Both the position numbers and the translations under genes were made by a program. From Verrucomicrobiota bacterium (lineage in GTDB: Bacteria > Verrucomicrobiota > Kiritimatiellia > Kiritimatiellales > JBHORO01), in the NCBI GenBank assembly GCA_042566005.1, contig JBHORO010000001.1:9823-73822 (forward strand): a DNA stretch of 64,000 nt, read 5' to 3'. Shown here in pieces: positions 1-10,392 of the stretch (the stretch's first letter is position 1; each line of letters begins with the position of its first letter). The notes beneath the pieces are model-generated. The model saw only the letters and a list, made by a program, of their open reading frames with translations. It was not told the DNA's origin and searched no databases.

Positions 1-249
1 CATAAATTTAGCGTCTGCGCCCTCTTCAGAGAGGCGCTCTTTGATGATTCCGACGATGACTTCGTCCGGAACCAGCTCCCCACGATCCATGAAGGCTTTC
101 GCCTGCATGCCGACTTCCGTCTGATTACGGATGGCCGCACGCAGCATATCGCCGGTGGACACGTGAATGTATTCAGCGCGAGCTTTGATTTTTTCGGCCA
201 GTGTGCCTTTACCAGCACCCGGCGCACCCAAAAGTATAATTGCTTCCAT
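1..249 (-). CDS. adk: adenylate kinase, N-terminal part (gene runs off the left edge of the window)
   Basis: Minus-strand reading from ATG at 249 gives [23 protein letters not shown]..., the adenylate kinase P-loop GxPGxGKGT. It lies directly downstream of secY, as in spc operons. It is absent from the ORF track because it is truncated. Confidence 0.85.
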   Translation of the reverse strand, partial: MEAIILLGAPGAGKGTLAEKIKARAEYIHVSTGDMLRAAIRNQTEVGMQAKAFMDRGELVPDEVIVGIIKERLSEEGADAKFM

Positions 250-255
250 GATTAA

Positions 256-1602
256 TTATCTCCGCGAGCGCAGTTTGCCTTTTTTCAGGAAGCCGTCGTA
301 ATGACGCATCAGCAGGTGGGATTCAACCTGGCGCATTGTGTCCAGCATAACACCCACGATAATCAGCAGGCTTGTACCGCCGAAGAATGATGCGATTGTA
401 AACGGCACGTTGAACTGGGCGCCCAGCACCATCGGCAATGTCGCGATGATAGTCAGGAATACGGCACCCGCCAGCGTAATGCGGCTCATTGTAGAGTCCA
501 AATAGTCAGCGGTCGGCTTACCCGGACGAATGCCCGGAACATAGCCACCGTGTTTTTTCAGATCATCAGCGATCTGAACCGGGTTGAACTGTGTCGCAAC
601 CCAGAAGTAAGAGAAAAAGAGAATCATCAGGCCGTACACCGTCATGTACACCGGCGAGCCAACAGCGAACATAGCCGCAAACTGCTTGGCAAAGTAGCCC
701 GGAATGAAGCGCAGAACCTGGTTCGGCAGCATCAAGATCGCCTGAGCAAAGATGATCGGCATAACGCCGGAGTAGTTTACGCGCAACGGCATGAATGTAT
801 TCCCGCCGCCCATCGACTTGTTGCCGACAACACGCTTAGCGTACTGCACAGGAATCTTGCGCACAGCCTGCGTCATTGCAACCACCGCCGCAATAACAAT
901 CAACATCATGGCCAGGAAGCAGATAATGTGGAACACATTGTACTGGCCGGTCTTAACCATGTTGCCGAATTGGAAAATAGCGCCCGGAAGACGGCTGACC
1001 ACGTTCACCGTAATGATCATGGAGATACCGTTACCGATACCGCGCTCAGTCATCTGCTCGCCGAGCCACATCAGCAACAGTGTACCTGTTGTCATTGTGA
1101 TCATCGTCAAAGCGATAAAGCCAAGCGGCGTAATAGAAGAGCTGACAAACTGTGCTCCGCCCGGGATGCCGAGGCGTTCCGGATGCAGCAGCGCATTCGC
1201 CATTGCGAAAGACTGAATCAGACAGAGCAACACCGTTGCATAACGCTGATACTGTGTCAGTTTCGCGCGACCTGCGTCGCCTTCGCGAGCCAAACGGCCC
1301 AGTGCCGGGATCACCGCAGTCATCAACTGGAAGATGATCGAGGCACTGATGTAAGGCATAATACCCAGGAAACCAACCGCGCCGTTGCGGAGTGCACCCC
1401 CGCTGAACAGATCGTAAAGGCCAAAGAAGCCCCCACCGGCCTTAGCGGCCATACTGTCCATAAACGCCCGCAGAGCGGATGCGTCGATGCCCGGCGTCGG
1501 AATAATCGAGATCAAGCGACAGATGAAGAGCAGCCCACAAGTGAACATAATTCGCTGACGCAGTTCTTTGATTTTAAACGTATTGCTGAACGCAGATAAC
1601 AT
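256..1602 (-). CDS. secY: preprotein translocase subunit SecY
   Basis: 448-aa polytopic membrane ORF with a SecY-like N-terminus (ELRQRIMFT...) and conserved GIMPYISASII segment. It occupies the canonical position after rplO. Confidence 0.97.
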   Translation of the reverse strand: MLSAFSNTFKIKELRQRIMFTCGLLFICRLISIIPTPGIDASALRAFMDSMAAKAGGGFFGLYDLFSGGALRNGAVGFLGIMPYISASIIFQLMTAVIPALGRLAREGDAGRAKLTQYQRYATVLLCLIQSFAMANALLHPERLGIPGGAQFVSSSITPLGFIALTMITMTTGTLLLMWLGEQMTERGIGNGISMIITVNVVSRLPGAIFQFGNMVKTGQYNVFHIICFLAMMLIVIAAVVAMTQAVRKIPVQYAKRVVGNKSMGGGNTFMPLRVNYSGVMPIIFAQAILMLPNQVLRFIPGYFAKQFAAMFAVGSPVYMTVYGLMILFFSYFWVATQFNPVQIADDLKKHGGYVPGIRPGKPTADYLDSTMSRITLAGAVFLTIIATLPMVLGAQFNVPFTIASFFGGTSLLIIVGVMLDTMRQVESHLLMRHYDGFLKKGKLRSRR

Positions 1603-1634
1603 GTTTTTGGTTTCCTGGGATTATTGTTTTTCGG

Positions 1635-2075
1635 TTAGACCACTTCGCAAACGCCGCCAACAGCTTCGATCGCTGATTTAGCAGAAGCGCTGAACGCAGT
1701 TACTTTAACTGTCAGTTTCTTGTCGATGCTGCCTGTGCCGAGGATTTTAACGCCATCGTTATTGCCGTTAACCAGACCAGCCTGACGCAGGAGGTCCTCA
1801 GTGATTTCACTACCTTCTTCGAAGCGGTTCAGGTCAACCAAGTTAACCGGAGCGAACGTTTTCTTGAAGATGTTGTTGAAACCACGTTTTCCCAGACGAC
1901 GGTACATCGGCATCTGACCACCCTCGAAGCCGGCCTTAATCGGAGTACCGGAACGAGCGTAGTAACCTTTGTGACCTTTACCGGATGTTTTACCCTTACC
2001 GGAAGCGCGACCGCGACCAAGGCGGATGCGACGGTGAGTAGAACCCTCAGTGCTTTTCAATGAATGCAAATCCAT
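1635..2075 (-). CDS. rplO: 50S ribosomal protein L15 (uL15)
   Basis: 146-aa ORF with a Gly/Lys/Arg-rich N-terminus ([18 protein letters not shown]). Located between rpsE and secY. Confidence 0.95.
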   Translation of the reverse strand: MDLHSLKSTEGSTHRRIRLGRGRASGKGKTSGKGHKGYYARSGTPIKAGFEGGQMPMYRRLGKRGFNNIFKKTFAPVNLVDLNRFEEGSEITEDLLRQAGLVNGNNDGVKILGTGSIDKKLTVKVTAFSASAKSAIEAVGGVCEVV

Positions 2076-2091
2076 TAGTCAATCCCCTGAA

Positions 2092-2583
2092 TTAGCTACG
2101 AGCGGACAGGGCATCTTCGCGGGAGCGAAGCGCCTGCAGAGCACGCAGTGTTGCTTTCGTCACGTTGTTCGGGTTGTTGCTGCCCAGAGACTTAGCCAGT
2201 ACGTCACGCACACCAGCCAGCTCGAGCACAGCACGAACCGCACCACCCGCGATGATACCGGTACCTTCAGAAGCCGGACGCAACAGAACTGTTGCGCCGG
2301 TGAAGTTTTCCTGCACCTGATGCGGGATAGTCGTGTCTTTCAGAACAACCATGGACATGTTGCGCCTAGCCGCCTCGGAACCTTTACGGATCGCGTCAGC
2401 CACTTCGTTTGCTTTGCCCATACCGAAGCCGATTTTACCAGCACGGTCGCCCACTACTACGAGTGCGCTGAAGCTGAAGCGACGACCACCTTTAACCACC
2501 TTTGAGTTGCGGTTAATGTGAACGACGCGCTCTTCAAGACCGTCCGATTTTTCTTCACGTTTTTTGAATTCTTTTTTAGCCAC
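2092..2583 (-). CDS. rpsE: 30S ribosomal protein S5 (uS5)
   Basis: Contains the uS5 motif [27 protein letters not shown]. The ORF track extends it to 2628, which would overlap rplR by 32 nt. A GTG at 2581-2583 lies 7 nt after an AAGGAG that directly follows the rplR stop, so it is the more likely start. Confidence 0.93.
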   Translation of the reverse strand: MAKKEFKKREEKSDGLEERVVHINRNSKVVKGGRRFSFSALVVVGDRAGKIGFGMGKANEVADAIRKGSEAARRNMSMVVLKDTTIPHQVQENFTGATVLLRPASEGTGIIAGGAVRAVLELAGVRDVLAKSLGSNNPNNVTKATLRALQALRSREDALSARS

Positions 2584-2596
2584 AGCCAAACTCCTT

Positions 2597-2938
2597 TTAG
2601 AATTCGAGACCCGCTTCACGGGCTGCATCTGCCAGCGCTTTCAGGCGCTGACCGAATGCGAAACCGCCGCGGTCGAATACTACTTTCGTGATGCCTTTAG
2701 CTTTGGCAGCTTCAGCGGCCGCGCGGCCAACGTTTGCTGCTTCCTCAGCATTCTTTTTGCCGTCAGCGGAAGCTGCGGACGCGAGTGTAACGCCTGCCAC
2801 GTCGTCTACAATCTGAACGTAGATTTTCTTGTTAGACAAGAATACGTTCAGGCGCGGGCATTCGGCAGTACCGGACAATTTGCGACGTATACGCAGGTGT
2901 CTGCGCTTACGATAGTCTGATTTAGTACGTACTTTCAT
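2597..2938 (-). CDS. rplR: 50S ribosomal protein L18 (uL18)
   Basis: 113-aa ORF with [18 protein letters not shown] and C-terminal [13 protein letters not shown] motifs. Its position in the spc cluster also fits. Confidence 0.95.
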   Translation of the reverse strand: MKVRTKSDYRKRRHLRIRRKLSGTAECPRLNVFLSNKKIYVQIVDDVAGVTLASAASADGKKNAEEAANVGRAAAEAAKAKGITKVVFDRGGFAFGQRLKALADAAREAGLEF

Positions 2939-3474
2939 TACGCTACAGCCTTACCTTCTTTGCGACGGACCTGTTCACCCTTATAGCGTACACCCTTACC
3001 TTTGTAGGGTTCAGCCGGGGAGAAGGAGCGGATGCGTGCAGCAACCTGGCCCACCAGTTGTTTATCAATTCCACTAATCTTAACATCCGTCTGTGTCGGA
3101 CATTCAACCAAGATACCTTCCGGAATCACATAGTCGATTTCGTGAGAGAAGCCCAGTGACAGGATAATAGACTTGCCTTTCAGCAGAGCCTTGTAACCTA
3201 CACCCTGAATCTCCAGTTCTTTCTGATATCCGTTAGCGACACCTTCAATCATGTTGCTGATGATGCTGCGAGTCGTACCGTGCATGGATTTAGACGCTTT
3301 CGTGTCATCCGCGCGGGAAACCACTACCTGGCTTTCCTCGACAACCACCTCGATGCCACCCTTCAGGTCGAACGTCAGCTCGCCTTTGCTACCCTTGACG
3401 GAAACGGATTTGCCTTCAACAGCAACCGTTACACCAGCAGGAACAGCCACGGGCATTTTACCAATTCTTGACAT
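2938..3474 (-). CDS. rplF: 50S ribosomal protein L6 (uL6)
   Basis: 178-aa ORF beginning [17 protein letters not shown]. Its stop overlaps the rplR start by 1 nt (TAATG). Confidence 0.95.
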   Translation of the reverse strand: MSRIGKMPVAVPAGVTVAVEGKSVSVKGSKGELTFDLKGGIEVVVEESQVVVSRADDTKASKSMHGTTRSIISNMIEGVANGYQKELEIQGVGYKALLKGKSIILSLGFSHEIDYVIPEGILVECPTQTDVKISGIDKQLVGQVAARIRSFSPAEPYKGKGVRYKGEQVRRKEGKAVA

Positions 3475-3493
3475 AGCTCGTACCTCGTAAATT

Positions 3494-3892
3494 TTACCAA
3501 ATGGTGCAGATCAGCTCGCCGCCGACACCACTCTGGCGTGCTTCTTTGCCAGACATTACACCTTTTGACGTCGTCAAAATCGCAGTACCGATGCCGCCCA
3601 GAACACGCGGAATGCTTGTGCTGTCGACATATTTACGGCAGCCGCATTTGCTCTCACGCTTGAGGCCCTGGATAACCGGGGTGCGGTCCGCACGGTATTT
3701 AAGATACAACGTCAAAACTTTCTTGCCTTCCAGGTTCTCTGTCACGAAGTCCGCGATGTAGCCCTCTTTTTTGAGGATTACAGCAATCGCGTCTTTCATT
3801 TTAGAGTACGGAACCTGAACGGTTTTCTTCTCTGCCATATTCGCATTACGAATACGGGTCAGCATATCTGCAATAGGGTCTGAAAAACTCAT
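3494..3892 (-). CDS. rpsH: 30S ribosomal protein S8 (uS8)
   Basis: 132-aa ORF beginning MSFSDPIADMLTRIRNA and ending GGELICTIW. Confidence 0.95.
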   Translation of the reverse strand: MSFSDPIADMLTRIRNANMAEKKTVQVPYSKMKDAIAVILKKEGYIADFVTENLEGKKVLTLYLKYRADRTPVIQGLKRESKCGCRKYVDSTSIPRVLGGIGTAILTTSKGVMSGKEARQSGVGGELICTIW

Positions 3893-3900
3893 AATAACTC

Positions 3901-4086
3901 CTACCAGCTCGCTTTTGTTACACCCGGGATACGACCCGAAGATGCCAGTTCACGGAAACAAATACGGCACAGCTGAAACTTACGGATGTAAGCGCGCGGG
4001 CGTCCACAACTGCGGCAGCGGTTGTAAGCGCGCACTTTGAATTTCGGCGTGCGTTTAGCCTTTTCTACCAGTGCTTTTCTAGCCAC
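3901..4086 (-). CDS. rpsN: 30S ribosomal protein S14, short zinc-ribbon (type Z) form
   Basis: 61-aa ORF with CxxC...CxxC ([23 protein letters not shown]). Located between rplE and rpsH. Confidence 0.93.
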   Translation of the reverse strand: MARKALVEKAKRTPKFKVRAYNRCRSCGRPRAYIRKFQLCRICFRELASSGRIPGVTKASW

Positions 4087-4096
4087 GGCTCACTCC

Positions 4097-4642
4097 TTAA
4101 TCTTCTTTCTTGAACGGCATGCCAATCAGTTTCAGAAGCTCTTTGCCTTCCGCATCGGATTTAGCCGTCGTTACGAATGTGATGTCCATGCCGTGTACTT
4201 TCTTGACATGGTCCGGATTGATTTCCGGGAAGATGGTCTGCTCGTCGAGACCAAACGTGTAGTTACCCTGCCCGTCAAAAGAGTTACCCGGAATACCACG
4301 GAAGTCACGTACACGCGGCAGTGCGATACCGATCAAACGATCGATGAATTCGTACATGCGTTTACCGCGCAGCGTTACTTTGGCACCCAGCGGCATACCT
4401 TCACGAAGACGGAAGTTAGAAACTGACTTCTTCGCTTTAGTCATTGCCGGCTTCTGGCCAGTGATTTTACCGAGATCCTCTGCAACCGCCGTAAGGGCGT
4501 CGCGATCGTAGGCCGTGCCAACTGCCACGTTCACTACGATTTTTGAGAGTGCAGGAACCTGCATCGGGTTCTTGTAGCCGAACGTCTCTTTGAGCGCCGG
4601 TACTACAGTATCGATATATTTAGTTTTTGATGCGGGAACCAT
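4097..4642 (-). CDS. rplE: 50S ribosomal protein L5 (uL5)
   Basis: 181-aa ORF with [15 protein letters not shown] and [19 protein letters not shown] motifs. Confidence 0.95.
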   Translation of the reverse strand: MVPASKTKYIDTVVPALKETFGYKNPMQVPALSKIVVNVAVGTAYDRDALTAVAEDLGKITGQKPAMTKAKKSVSNFRLREGMPLGAKVTLRGKRMYEFIDRLIGIALPRVRDFRGIPGNSFDGQGNYTFGLDEQTIFPEINPDHVKKVHGMDITFVTTAKSDAEGKELLKLIGMPFKKED

Positions 4643-4664
4643 AAGTTCCTTACCTCCAAATTAA

Positions 4665-4892
4665 TTAAGCTTCTGCTTTTTTCAGGTTGGACACGTGCAT
4701 CGGAGCTTCTTTTTCCACAATGCCGCCCTGAGGATTTTCCTGAGTCGCACGCATGTGTTTTTTAACGAAGTTCAGCCCTTCAACAACGGCTGTTCCTTTG
4801 CCCGGGATTACCTGGAGAACTTTACCGGTTTTACCCTTATCGTCTCCAGCAATCGCCACTACTGTATCGCCTTTTTTAATATGACACTTCAT
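4665..4892 (-). CDS. rplX: 50S ribosomal protein L24 (uL24)
   Basis: 75-aa ORF with the KOW motif [21 protein letters not shown]. Confidence 0.93.
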   Translation of the reverse strand: MKCHIKKGDTVVAIAGDDKGKTGKVLQVIPGKGTAVVEGLNFVKKHMRATQENPQGGIVEKEAPMHVSNLKKAEA

Positions 4893-4903
4893 TTGCTGCC
4901 CCT

Positions 4904-5269
4904 TTACAGTACTTCAGGTGCCAGTGAGACCAGCTTCATGAAGTTGTTATCACGCAACTCACGGGCGACTGGGCCGAAGATACGAGTACCACGCGGGTTC
5001 TCATTATCATCGATCAGCACCGCTGCATTCTGGTCAAAGGAGAGGTATGAACCATCTGCACGCTTAACCGGAGCTTTGGTGCGGACAATTACCGCACGCG
5101 CAGTCTGGCCTTTTTTGACCGAACCGTCCGGCTGAGCTTCTTTAACCGCTACGCGGATCACTTCACCAACACGCGCAAACTTGCGCTTTGTACCGAGAAT
5201 ACGGATGCACTGCACGGAGCGCGCACCTGTGTTATCTGCAACTTTCAAACGACTTTCTACTGCAATCAT
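4904..5269 (-). CDS. rplN: 50S ribosomal protein L14 (uL14)
   Basis: 121-aa ORF beginning [17 protein letters not shown]. Confidence 0.96.
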   Translation of the reverse strand: MIAVESRLKVADNTGARSVQCIRILGTKRKFARVGEVIRVAVKEAQPDGSVKKGQTARAVIVRTKAPVKRADGSYLSFDQNAAVLIDDNENPRGTRIFGPVARELRDNNFMKLVSLAPEVL

Positions 5270-5286
5270 TGTTTATTCCCCGTGCT

Positions 5287-5547
5287 TTACTTAGTAGCTT
5301 CCGCAATGATTTCAACTAGACGCCAGCATTTGCTTTTAGAGACCGGGCGCGTTTCCATCACACGAACGATGTCGCCGATGTTTGCCTTGTTCTCTTCGTC
5401 ATGAACCATGACTTTTTTGCTGACCTTGACTTCTTTTCCGTAGAGGGCATGACGCACACGGCGCTCAACCATCACACCGATGGTTTTGTCGCCGCCTTTT
5501 GTGATCACACGACCGTCACGGGTTTTTCTGTTACCGCGTTCAATCAT
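5287..5547 (-). CDS. rpsQ: 30S ribosomal protein S17 (uS17)
   Basis: 86-aa ORF with GRVITKGGDKTIGVMVERRVRHALYGK. Confidence 0.94.
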   Translation of the reverse strand: MIERGNRKTRDGRVITKGGDKTIGVMVERRVRHALYGKEVKVSKKVMVHDEENKANIGDIVRVMETRPVSKSKCWRLVEIIAEATK

Positions 5548-5559
5548 AATTTGACCCTT

Positions 5560-5748
5560 TTACGCTTCCTTTTCGTTCTGCAGCGTTTTGATACGAGCAA
5601 CGGTGCGACGAAGGTCACGAATACGTGACGAATTCTCGAGCTGACCCGCTACCTGCTGCAGACGAAGGTTGAACAATTCTTTCTGTGTCTCTTCGAGCTG
5701 CTGATTGAGCTCTTCCACAGTTTTCTCTTTGAGATCTTTGACTTTCAT
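5560..5748 (-). CDS. rpmC: 50S ribosomal protein L29 (uL29)
   Basis: 62-aa helical ORF with LKEKTVEELNQQLEETQKELFNLRLQ. Confidence 0.93.
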   Translation of the reverse strand: MKVKDLKEKTVEELNQQLEETQKELFNLRLQQVAGQLENSSRIRDLRRTVARIKTLQNEKEA

Positions 5749-5757
5749 ATCAGATCC

Positions 5758-6177
5758 TTAGGCGTTGTCTGTACGGCTGATATAGCGCGTGCGGATTTGC
5801 AGTTTCGTAGCAGCCAGACGGAGACCCTTTTTCGCAATGGACTCTGCCACACCATCTACTTCAAACAAAACACGACCCGGCTTAATAACAGCGACCCAGT
5901 TTTCCACGTTACCCTTACCTTTACCCATACGCACCTCGAGAGGCTTCTTGGTAACCGGCTTGTCAGGGAAGATACGAATCCAGAGTTTACCTTTACGCTT
6001 CATCGTACGGTTAATTGCCACACGACAAGCTTCAATCTGAATGTTCGTAATACGACCACGACCCAGGGCTTGAATTCCATAGGAGCCATACGCCAGTTCG
6101 TTACCGGCGCGCGCGATACCGCGCATGTTCCCCTTCTGGACCTTTCTACGTTTTACACGTTTCGGCATCAAAGGCAT
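5758..6177 (-). CDS. rplP: 50S ribosomal protein L16 (uL16)
   Basis: 139-aa ORF beginning [20 protein letters not shown]. Confidence 0.96.
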   Translation of the reverse strand: MPLMPKRVKRRKVQKGNMRGIARAGNELAYGSYGIQALGRGRITNIQIEACRVAINRTMKRKGKLWIRIFPDKPVTKKPLEVRMGKGKGNVENWVAVIKPGRVLFEVDGVAESIAKKGLRLAATKLQIRTRYISRTDNA

Positions 6178-6187
6178 AATTCAGCTC

Positions 6188-6826
6188 CTACTTCTTTCCC
6201 TGCTTGGCTTCTTTTTTGCAGATCCAGACCTTCACACCGATACGACCAGCAATAGTGTGTGCTTCCGCCACGCCGTAATCAATGTTAGCACGCAGAGTGT
6301 GCAACGGAACTTTACCTTCCTTATAGCACTCAGAACGTGACAGTTCCGCGCCGCCGAGACGACCCGCTGCCAGTACCTTGATACCATCTGCGCCAAGATC
6401 CATAGCCATACCGATCGCGCGTTTCATGGCACGACGGAAAGACACACGGCGTTCGAGCTGCGAACAGATATTCTCTGCAACCAGCTGAGCGTCCAGGTCC
6501 GGACTCTTGATTTCACCAATTTCTACATAAACTTCTTTGCCCGTCAGTTTGCACAGAGTTTCGCGCAAGCGCTCAATCTCTTCACCTTTACGACCAATAA
6601 CCAGACCCGGACGGGCGGTCTTAACCGTAACACGTGCGCGGCTGCCGTTACGTTCAATCAGAACGTCGGAAACCGATGCGTCTTTCAGACGAGTTTTAAC
6701 AACTTTGCGAATCTCGAGGTCTTCGTGCAGCAGATCACCGAACTCTTTTTTGTCGGCATACCAGCGTGAAGACCAGTTTTTGTTAACTGCGACTCGCAAC
6801 CCGATTGGATTTACTTTCTGTCCCAA
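6188..6826 (-). CDS. rpsC: 30S ribosomal protein S3 (uS3)
   Basis: 212-aa ORF beginning [24 protein letters not shown], followed by KH-domain sequence. Confidence 0.96.
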   Translation of the reverse strand: MGQKVNPIGLRVAVNKNWSSRWYADKKEFGDLLHEDLEIRKVVKTRLKDASVSDVLIERNGSRARVTVKTARPGLVIGRKGEEIERLRETLCKLTGKEVYVEIGEIKSPDLDAQLVAENICSQLERRVSFRRAMKRAIGMAMDLGADGIKVLAAGRLGGAELSRSECYKEGKVPLHTLRANIDYGVAEAHTIAGRIGVKVWICKKEAKQGKK

Positions 6827-6840
6827 AACAGTCTCCTTCT

Positions 6841-7188
6841 TTAGCCTTTTTTCGGCTTGCTGTCTGTCAGCACGACCGTGATGTGGCTCATCCGTTTTTT
6901 CACCGGACTGACCATACCGCGAGAGCGCGGCCAGAACCGTTTCATCATCGGACCTTCGTTGATGATGGCCTGTTTAACGTACAGGCCTTCAGCGGCGAGA
7001 TCCTCGTTATTTTCCGCGTTTGCGATGGCAGACTTAAGCGTCTTGCCAAGATAAAACGCGGCCTTCCGTGCGTTGAACTCTGTAATTTTCAGAGCGTCAG
7101 CCACGGCAAGTCCTGAAATGGAGCGCGCCAGATCCCTCGCCTTAGAGGGCGCAATGCGCACATATTTCGCTGTTGCAGATACTTCCAT
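6841..7188 (-). CDS. rplV: 50S ribosomal protein L22 (uL22)
   Basis: 115-aa ORF with [20 protein letters not shown]. Confidence 0.94.
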   Translation of the reverse strand: MEVSATAKYVRIAPSKARDLARSISGLAVADALKITEFNARKAAFYLGKTLKSAIANAENNEDLAAEGLYVKQAIINEGPMMKRFWPRSRGMVSPVKKRMSHITVVLTDSKPKKG

Positions 7189-7285
7189 AACAACCTTCTA
7201 ACGTGTTGTGTCCACCATGGACGAAAAATAAAGGCGGACAGTTTACAAATTACGAATCTTTAATCCAGTAATTCTTCTCTAAAAA

Positions 7286-7555
7286 TTACTTGTTCGTCGC
7301 GAGACCGTGAGTTCTGAACGCACGGGTCGGTGCAAATTCGCCGAGGCGATGCCCTACCATGTTCTCAGTAACAAACACGTTAACGAACACCTTACCGTTG
7401 TGAACCGCAAATGTGTGACCCACGAAATCCGGCATGATCATGGAACGGCGCGACCAAGTTTTGATCGGGCGCTTTTTGCCGCTCTCGTTCATGGCGTCTA
7501 CTTTCTTGTAGAGCTTCTCGTCAACAAACGGTCCTTTTTTCAGTGAACGTGCCAT
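7286..7555 (-). CDS. rpsS: 30S ribosomal protein S19 (uS19)
   Basis: 89-aa ORF with [15 protein letters not shown] and [10 protein letters not shown]. Confidence 0.96.
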   Translation of the reverse strand: MARSLKKGPFVDEKLYKKVDAMNESGKKRPIKTWSRRSMIMPDFVGHTFAVHNGKVFVNVFVTENMVGHRLGEFAPTRAFRTHGLATNK

Positions 7556-7558
7556 TGA

Positions 7559-8383
7559 TTACTTCCTCCGCTGAACAATGAATTTGTTAGACGCTTTAGC
7601 TTTCGCGCGCGTCTTCTTACCTTTAGTCAGTTTGCCCCACGGGGAAACCGGGTGACCACCACCGGATGTACGGCCTTCACCACCACCCATCGGGTGATCG
7701 TGCGGGTTCATCGCAACACCACGGACAGTCGGGCGGATGCCCAACCAGCGCTTACGGCCGGCTTTACCCATAACGATCTTGCTGTGCTCGGAGTTACCAA
7801 CGGAACCAATGGTCGCCAGGCAGTCAACCGCAATCATGCGGATCTCGCCAGACGGCAGTTTCACGTTTGCGTATTTACCTTCACGAGCCATCAGGACCGC
7901 AGACTGACCAGCGGAACGAACCAGCTTGCCACCACAACCCGGGCGCATTTCGATATTGTGAATCGGCATGCCCAACGGAATGTTTGCCAGCGGAAGCGCG
8001 TTACCAACAGACGGCTCAGCTTCAGGACCGGAGTTGAGCTTCATGCCCACTTTCAGACCCGCCGGAGCGATGATGTAACGTTTCTCACCGTCAGCGTAGT
8101 GCAACAGAGCAATACGAGCAGAGCGGTTCGGATCGTATTCGATCGTTGCCACGTTAGCCGGAATGCCGTGCTTATTGCGTTTGAAGTCAATGATACGGTA
8201 ACGGCGCTTGTGACCACCACCACGGTGACGGACCGTTACACGACCAGAGCTGTTACGACCAGCGCGCTGCTTTTTCGGAGCGATCAGAGAACGTTCCGGC
8301 TTGTCCGTAGTGATGTCTGCAAAATCAGACAACACCATGTGACGGCGACTCGGCGTATATGCATTATGTTTTTTAAGACCCAT
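7559..8383 (-). CDS. rplB: 50S ribosomal protein L2 (uL2)
   Basis: 274-aa ORF with [22 protein letters not shown] and [14 protein letters not shown]. Confidence 0.97.
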   Translation of the reverse strand: MGLKKHNAYTPSRRHMVLSDFADITTDKPERSLIAPKKQRAGRNSSGRVTVRHRGGGHKRRYRIIDFKRNKHGIPANVATIEYDPNRSARIALLHYADGEKRYIIAPAGLKVGMKLNSGPEAEPSVGNALPLANIPLGMPIHNIEMRPGCGGKLVRSAGQSAVLMAREGKYANVKLPSGEIRMIAVDCLATIGSVGNSEHSKIVMGKAGRKRWLGIRPTVRGVAMNPHDHPMGGGEGRTSGGGHPVSPWGKLTKGKKTRAKAKASNKFIVQRRK

Positions 8384-8394
8384 CGTTCAGTCTC

Positions 8395-8679
8395 CTAAAT
8401 CAGTTCGATGCTTTCGCCTTCCTTGAGAGTCACGATGGCTTTTTTGATTGCCGCCGTACGACCCTTGTTCGGAGTGCGTTCGCGTTTCATCTTACCTTTG
8501 CGATTCAGCGTGTTTACGGATGTAACCTTAACGCCGAACAGCTGCTCTACCGCCTGCTTGATTTCAATCTTGTTGGCATCGCGCGCTACTTTAAAGCAGT
8601 ACTTGTTTTCCTCTTCAGAGAGGCGGATACCCTTTTCCGTCAGCAGAACTTTCTGAATGACATCATATGCGTTTTTCAT
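8395..8679 (-). CDS. rplW: 50S ribosomal protein L23 (uL23)
   Basis: 94-aa ORF with VIQKVLLTEKG and FKVARDANKIEIKQAVEQLFGVKV. Confidence 0.94.
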   Translation of the reverse strand: MKNAYDVIQKVLLTEKGIRLSEEENKYCFKVARDANKIEIKQAVEQLFGVKVTSVNTLNRKGKMKRERTPNKGRTAAIKKAIVTLKEGESIELI

Positions 8680-8697
8680 TGCATTACCCTCTCTGTG

Positions 8698-9318
8698 TTA
8701 TGCCAGACGTGCAGCCAGTTTCTCAACAGCAGCCTGAGTGAGCACGATCTGCGGGAATTTAACCAGCTCGTATGTGTTCACCAGATCAGCCGTTGTGACT
8801 TCCACACGCGAAATGTTGCGTGCAGCCAGAACTGCGTTGTCGTTTTTGTCAGCCGTCACGAACAGAGCGCCACGAGCGATTTCCAGATTTTTCAGGACCG
8901 CTGCGAACTCTTTCGTTTTCGGGGCTTCGAGCTTCAGCTCGTCGATTACTTTCACTGTACCTTCAGCTACTGCGGAGCTGAATGCGTTAGCGAATGCGAG
9001 GCGAGCCACGCGTTTGTTCATTTTCTTAGCGTAAGAACGCGGCTTCGGACCGAATGCCACACCACCACCACGCCAAACTGGAGAAGAACGGTAACCGGCA
9101 CGTGCACGGCCGAGACCTTTCTGTTTCCACGGTTTCGCACCAGTAGCTTTTACTTCGCCTTTAGTTTTAGTTGAAGCCGTACCAGCGCGTGCAGCTGCAC
9201 GAGTAGCAACAACAGCTTCAAATGCCGCCTGAGAACCTTTTTCCGCAACGAAGAGCTCGTCGCTCAGTTCCAGCTCGCCGACACCTTTTCCGTTAATATC
9301 AGTTACTGTCAACTTCAT
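8698..9318 (-). CDS. rplD: 50S ribosomal protein L4 (uL4)
   Basis: uL4-like ORF with KPWKQKGLGRARAGYRSSPVWRGGGVAFGPKPR. The ORF track start at 9351 would overlap rplC. The internal ATG at 9318 (MKLTVTDINGKG) lies just after the rplC stop. Confidence 0.94.
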   Translation of the reverse strand: MKLTVTDINGKGVGELELSDELFVAEKGSQAAFEAVVATRAAARAGTASTKTKGEVKATGAKPWKQKGLGRARAGYRSSPVWRGGGVAFGPKPRSYAKKMNKRVARLAFANAFSSAVAEGTVKVIDELKLEAPKTKEFAAVLKNLEIARGALFVTADKNDNAVLAARNISRVEVTTADLVNTYELVKFPQIVLTQAAVEKLAARLA

Positions 9319-9322
9319 GACG

Positions 9323-9961
9323 TTACGCTCCCTGCTTCTTGAGTGCTTCACGCACTACAACAATGCCACCATTCGGACCCGGCACAGAGCCGCGTACGAA
9401 GATGAGGTTCTCTTCCGGGCGAACCTGAACAACTTTCAGATTCTGCGTAGTTACGCGTTTAGCACCCATCTGACCCGGCATCTTCTTGTTTTTCATAACA
9501 CGAGCCGGAGATGTGCACATACCGATAGAACCAGGACGACGCAGCCAACCACCACCGTGTGATGCACGACCACCGGCGAAGTTGTAGCGCTTAACTACAC
9601 CCTGGAAACCGCGACCCTTAGAGTTCGCAGTAATGTCTACAAAAGAAACACCATCGAATACAGATGCGTTAACTTCCGCACCCAGCTCCGGAGCTTCTTC
9701 TGTTGCGCGAACACGAAATTCGCGAATTTCTTTTTTCGCAGAAACACCCGCTTTTGCGTAGTGGCCTGCTTCAGCCTTAGTCAGGCGAGACTCTTTCTGG
9801 TCCTCGAAACCGAGCTGAACCGCGCTGTAACCGTCGTTATCTTCAGTCTTCTGCTGAACAACGACACACGGACCTGCTTCAATAACGGTAACCGGAGTAA
9901 CGCGACCGTCTTCATCGAAGACCTGAGTCATGCCTACTTTTTTTCCGATCAAACCCTTCAT
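9323..9961 (-). CDS. rplC: 50S ribosomal protein L3 (uL3)
   Basis: The canonical uL3 N-terminus MKGLIGKKVGMTQVF begins at ATG 9961, preceded by AGAGAGG. The ORF track extends to 10030. Confidence 0.94.
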   Translation of the reverse strand: MKGLIGKKVGMTQVFDEDGRVTPVTVIEAGPCVVVQQKTEDNDGYSAVQLGFEDQKESRLTKAEAGHYAKAGVSAKKEIREFRVRATEEAPELGAEVNASVFDGVSFVDITANSKGRGFQGVVKRYNFAGGRASHGGGWLRRPGSIGMCTSPARVMKNKKMPGQMGAKRVTTQNLKVVQVRPEENLIFVRGSVPGPNGGIVVVREALKKQGA

Positions 9962-10068
9962 GCTGACCTCTCTATATTTGGTCTTAACACTTAAATCCCA
10001 ACCCTGCGTACGAGCGGTGCCAACGGGCACATCAACGAGATCGGGTTAACTCTTTTCTACTTACTGAT

Positions 10069-10377
10069 CTAGATCTTAATCGTAATATCTACACCAGCCG
10101 GCAGGTTCAGCTTTTTCAGCTCATCTACCGTCTTTGCCGTCGGCTCAATAATGTCCAACAGGCGCTTGTGCGTACGGATCTCGAACTGCTCCATAGACTT
10201 CTTGTTGACGTGCGGGCTGCGGTTCACCGTGTAACGCTCAATGCGTGTCGGCAGCGGAATCGGGCCAGCTACGCGGGCACCGGTACGCTTCGCAGTCTCT
10301 ACGATGTCACTGGAAGAAGTATCCAGAGCACGATGATCATACGACTTCAAACGAATACGAATTTTCTGTGTATCCAT
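10069..10377 (-). CDS. rpsJ: 30S ribosomal protein S10 (uS10)
   Basis: 102-aa ORF with [16 protein letters not shown]. It starts only 15 nt after the fusA stop. Confidence 0.96.
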   Translation of the reverse strand: MDTQKIRIRLKSYDHRALDTSSSDIVETAKRTGARVAGPIPLPTRIERYTVNRSPHVNKKSMEQFEIRTHKRLLDIIEPTAKTVDELKKLNLPAGVDITIKI

Positions 10378-10392
10378 AGTCCTACTCTCTTG

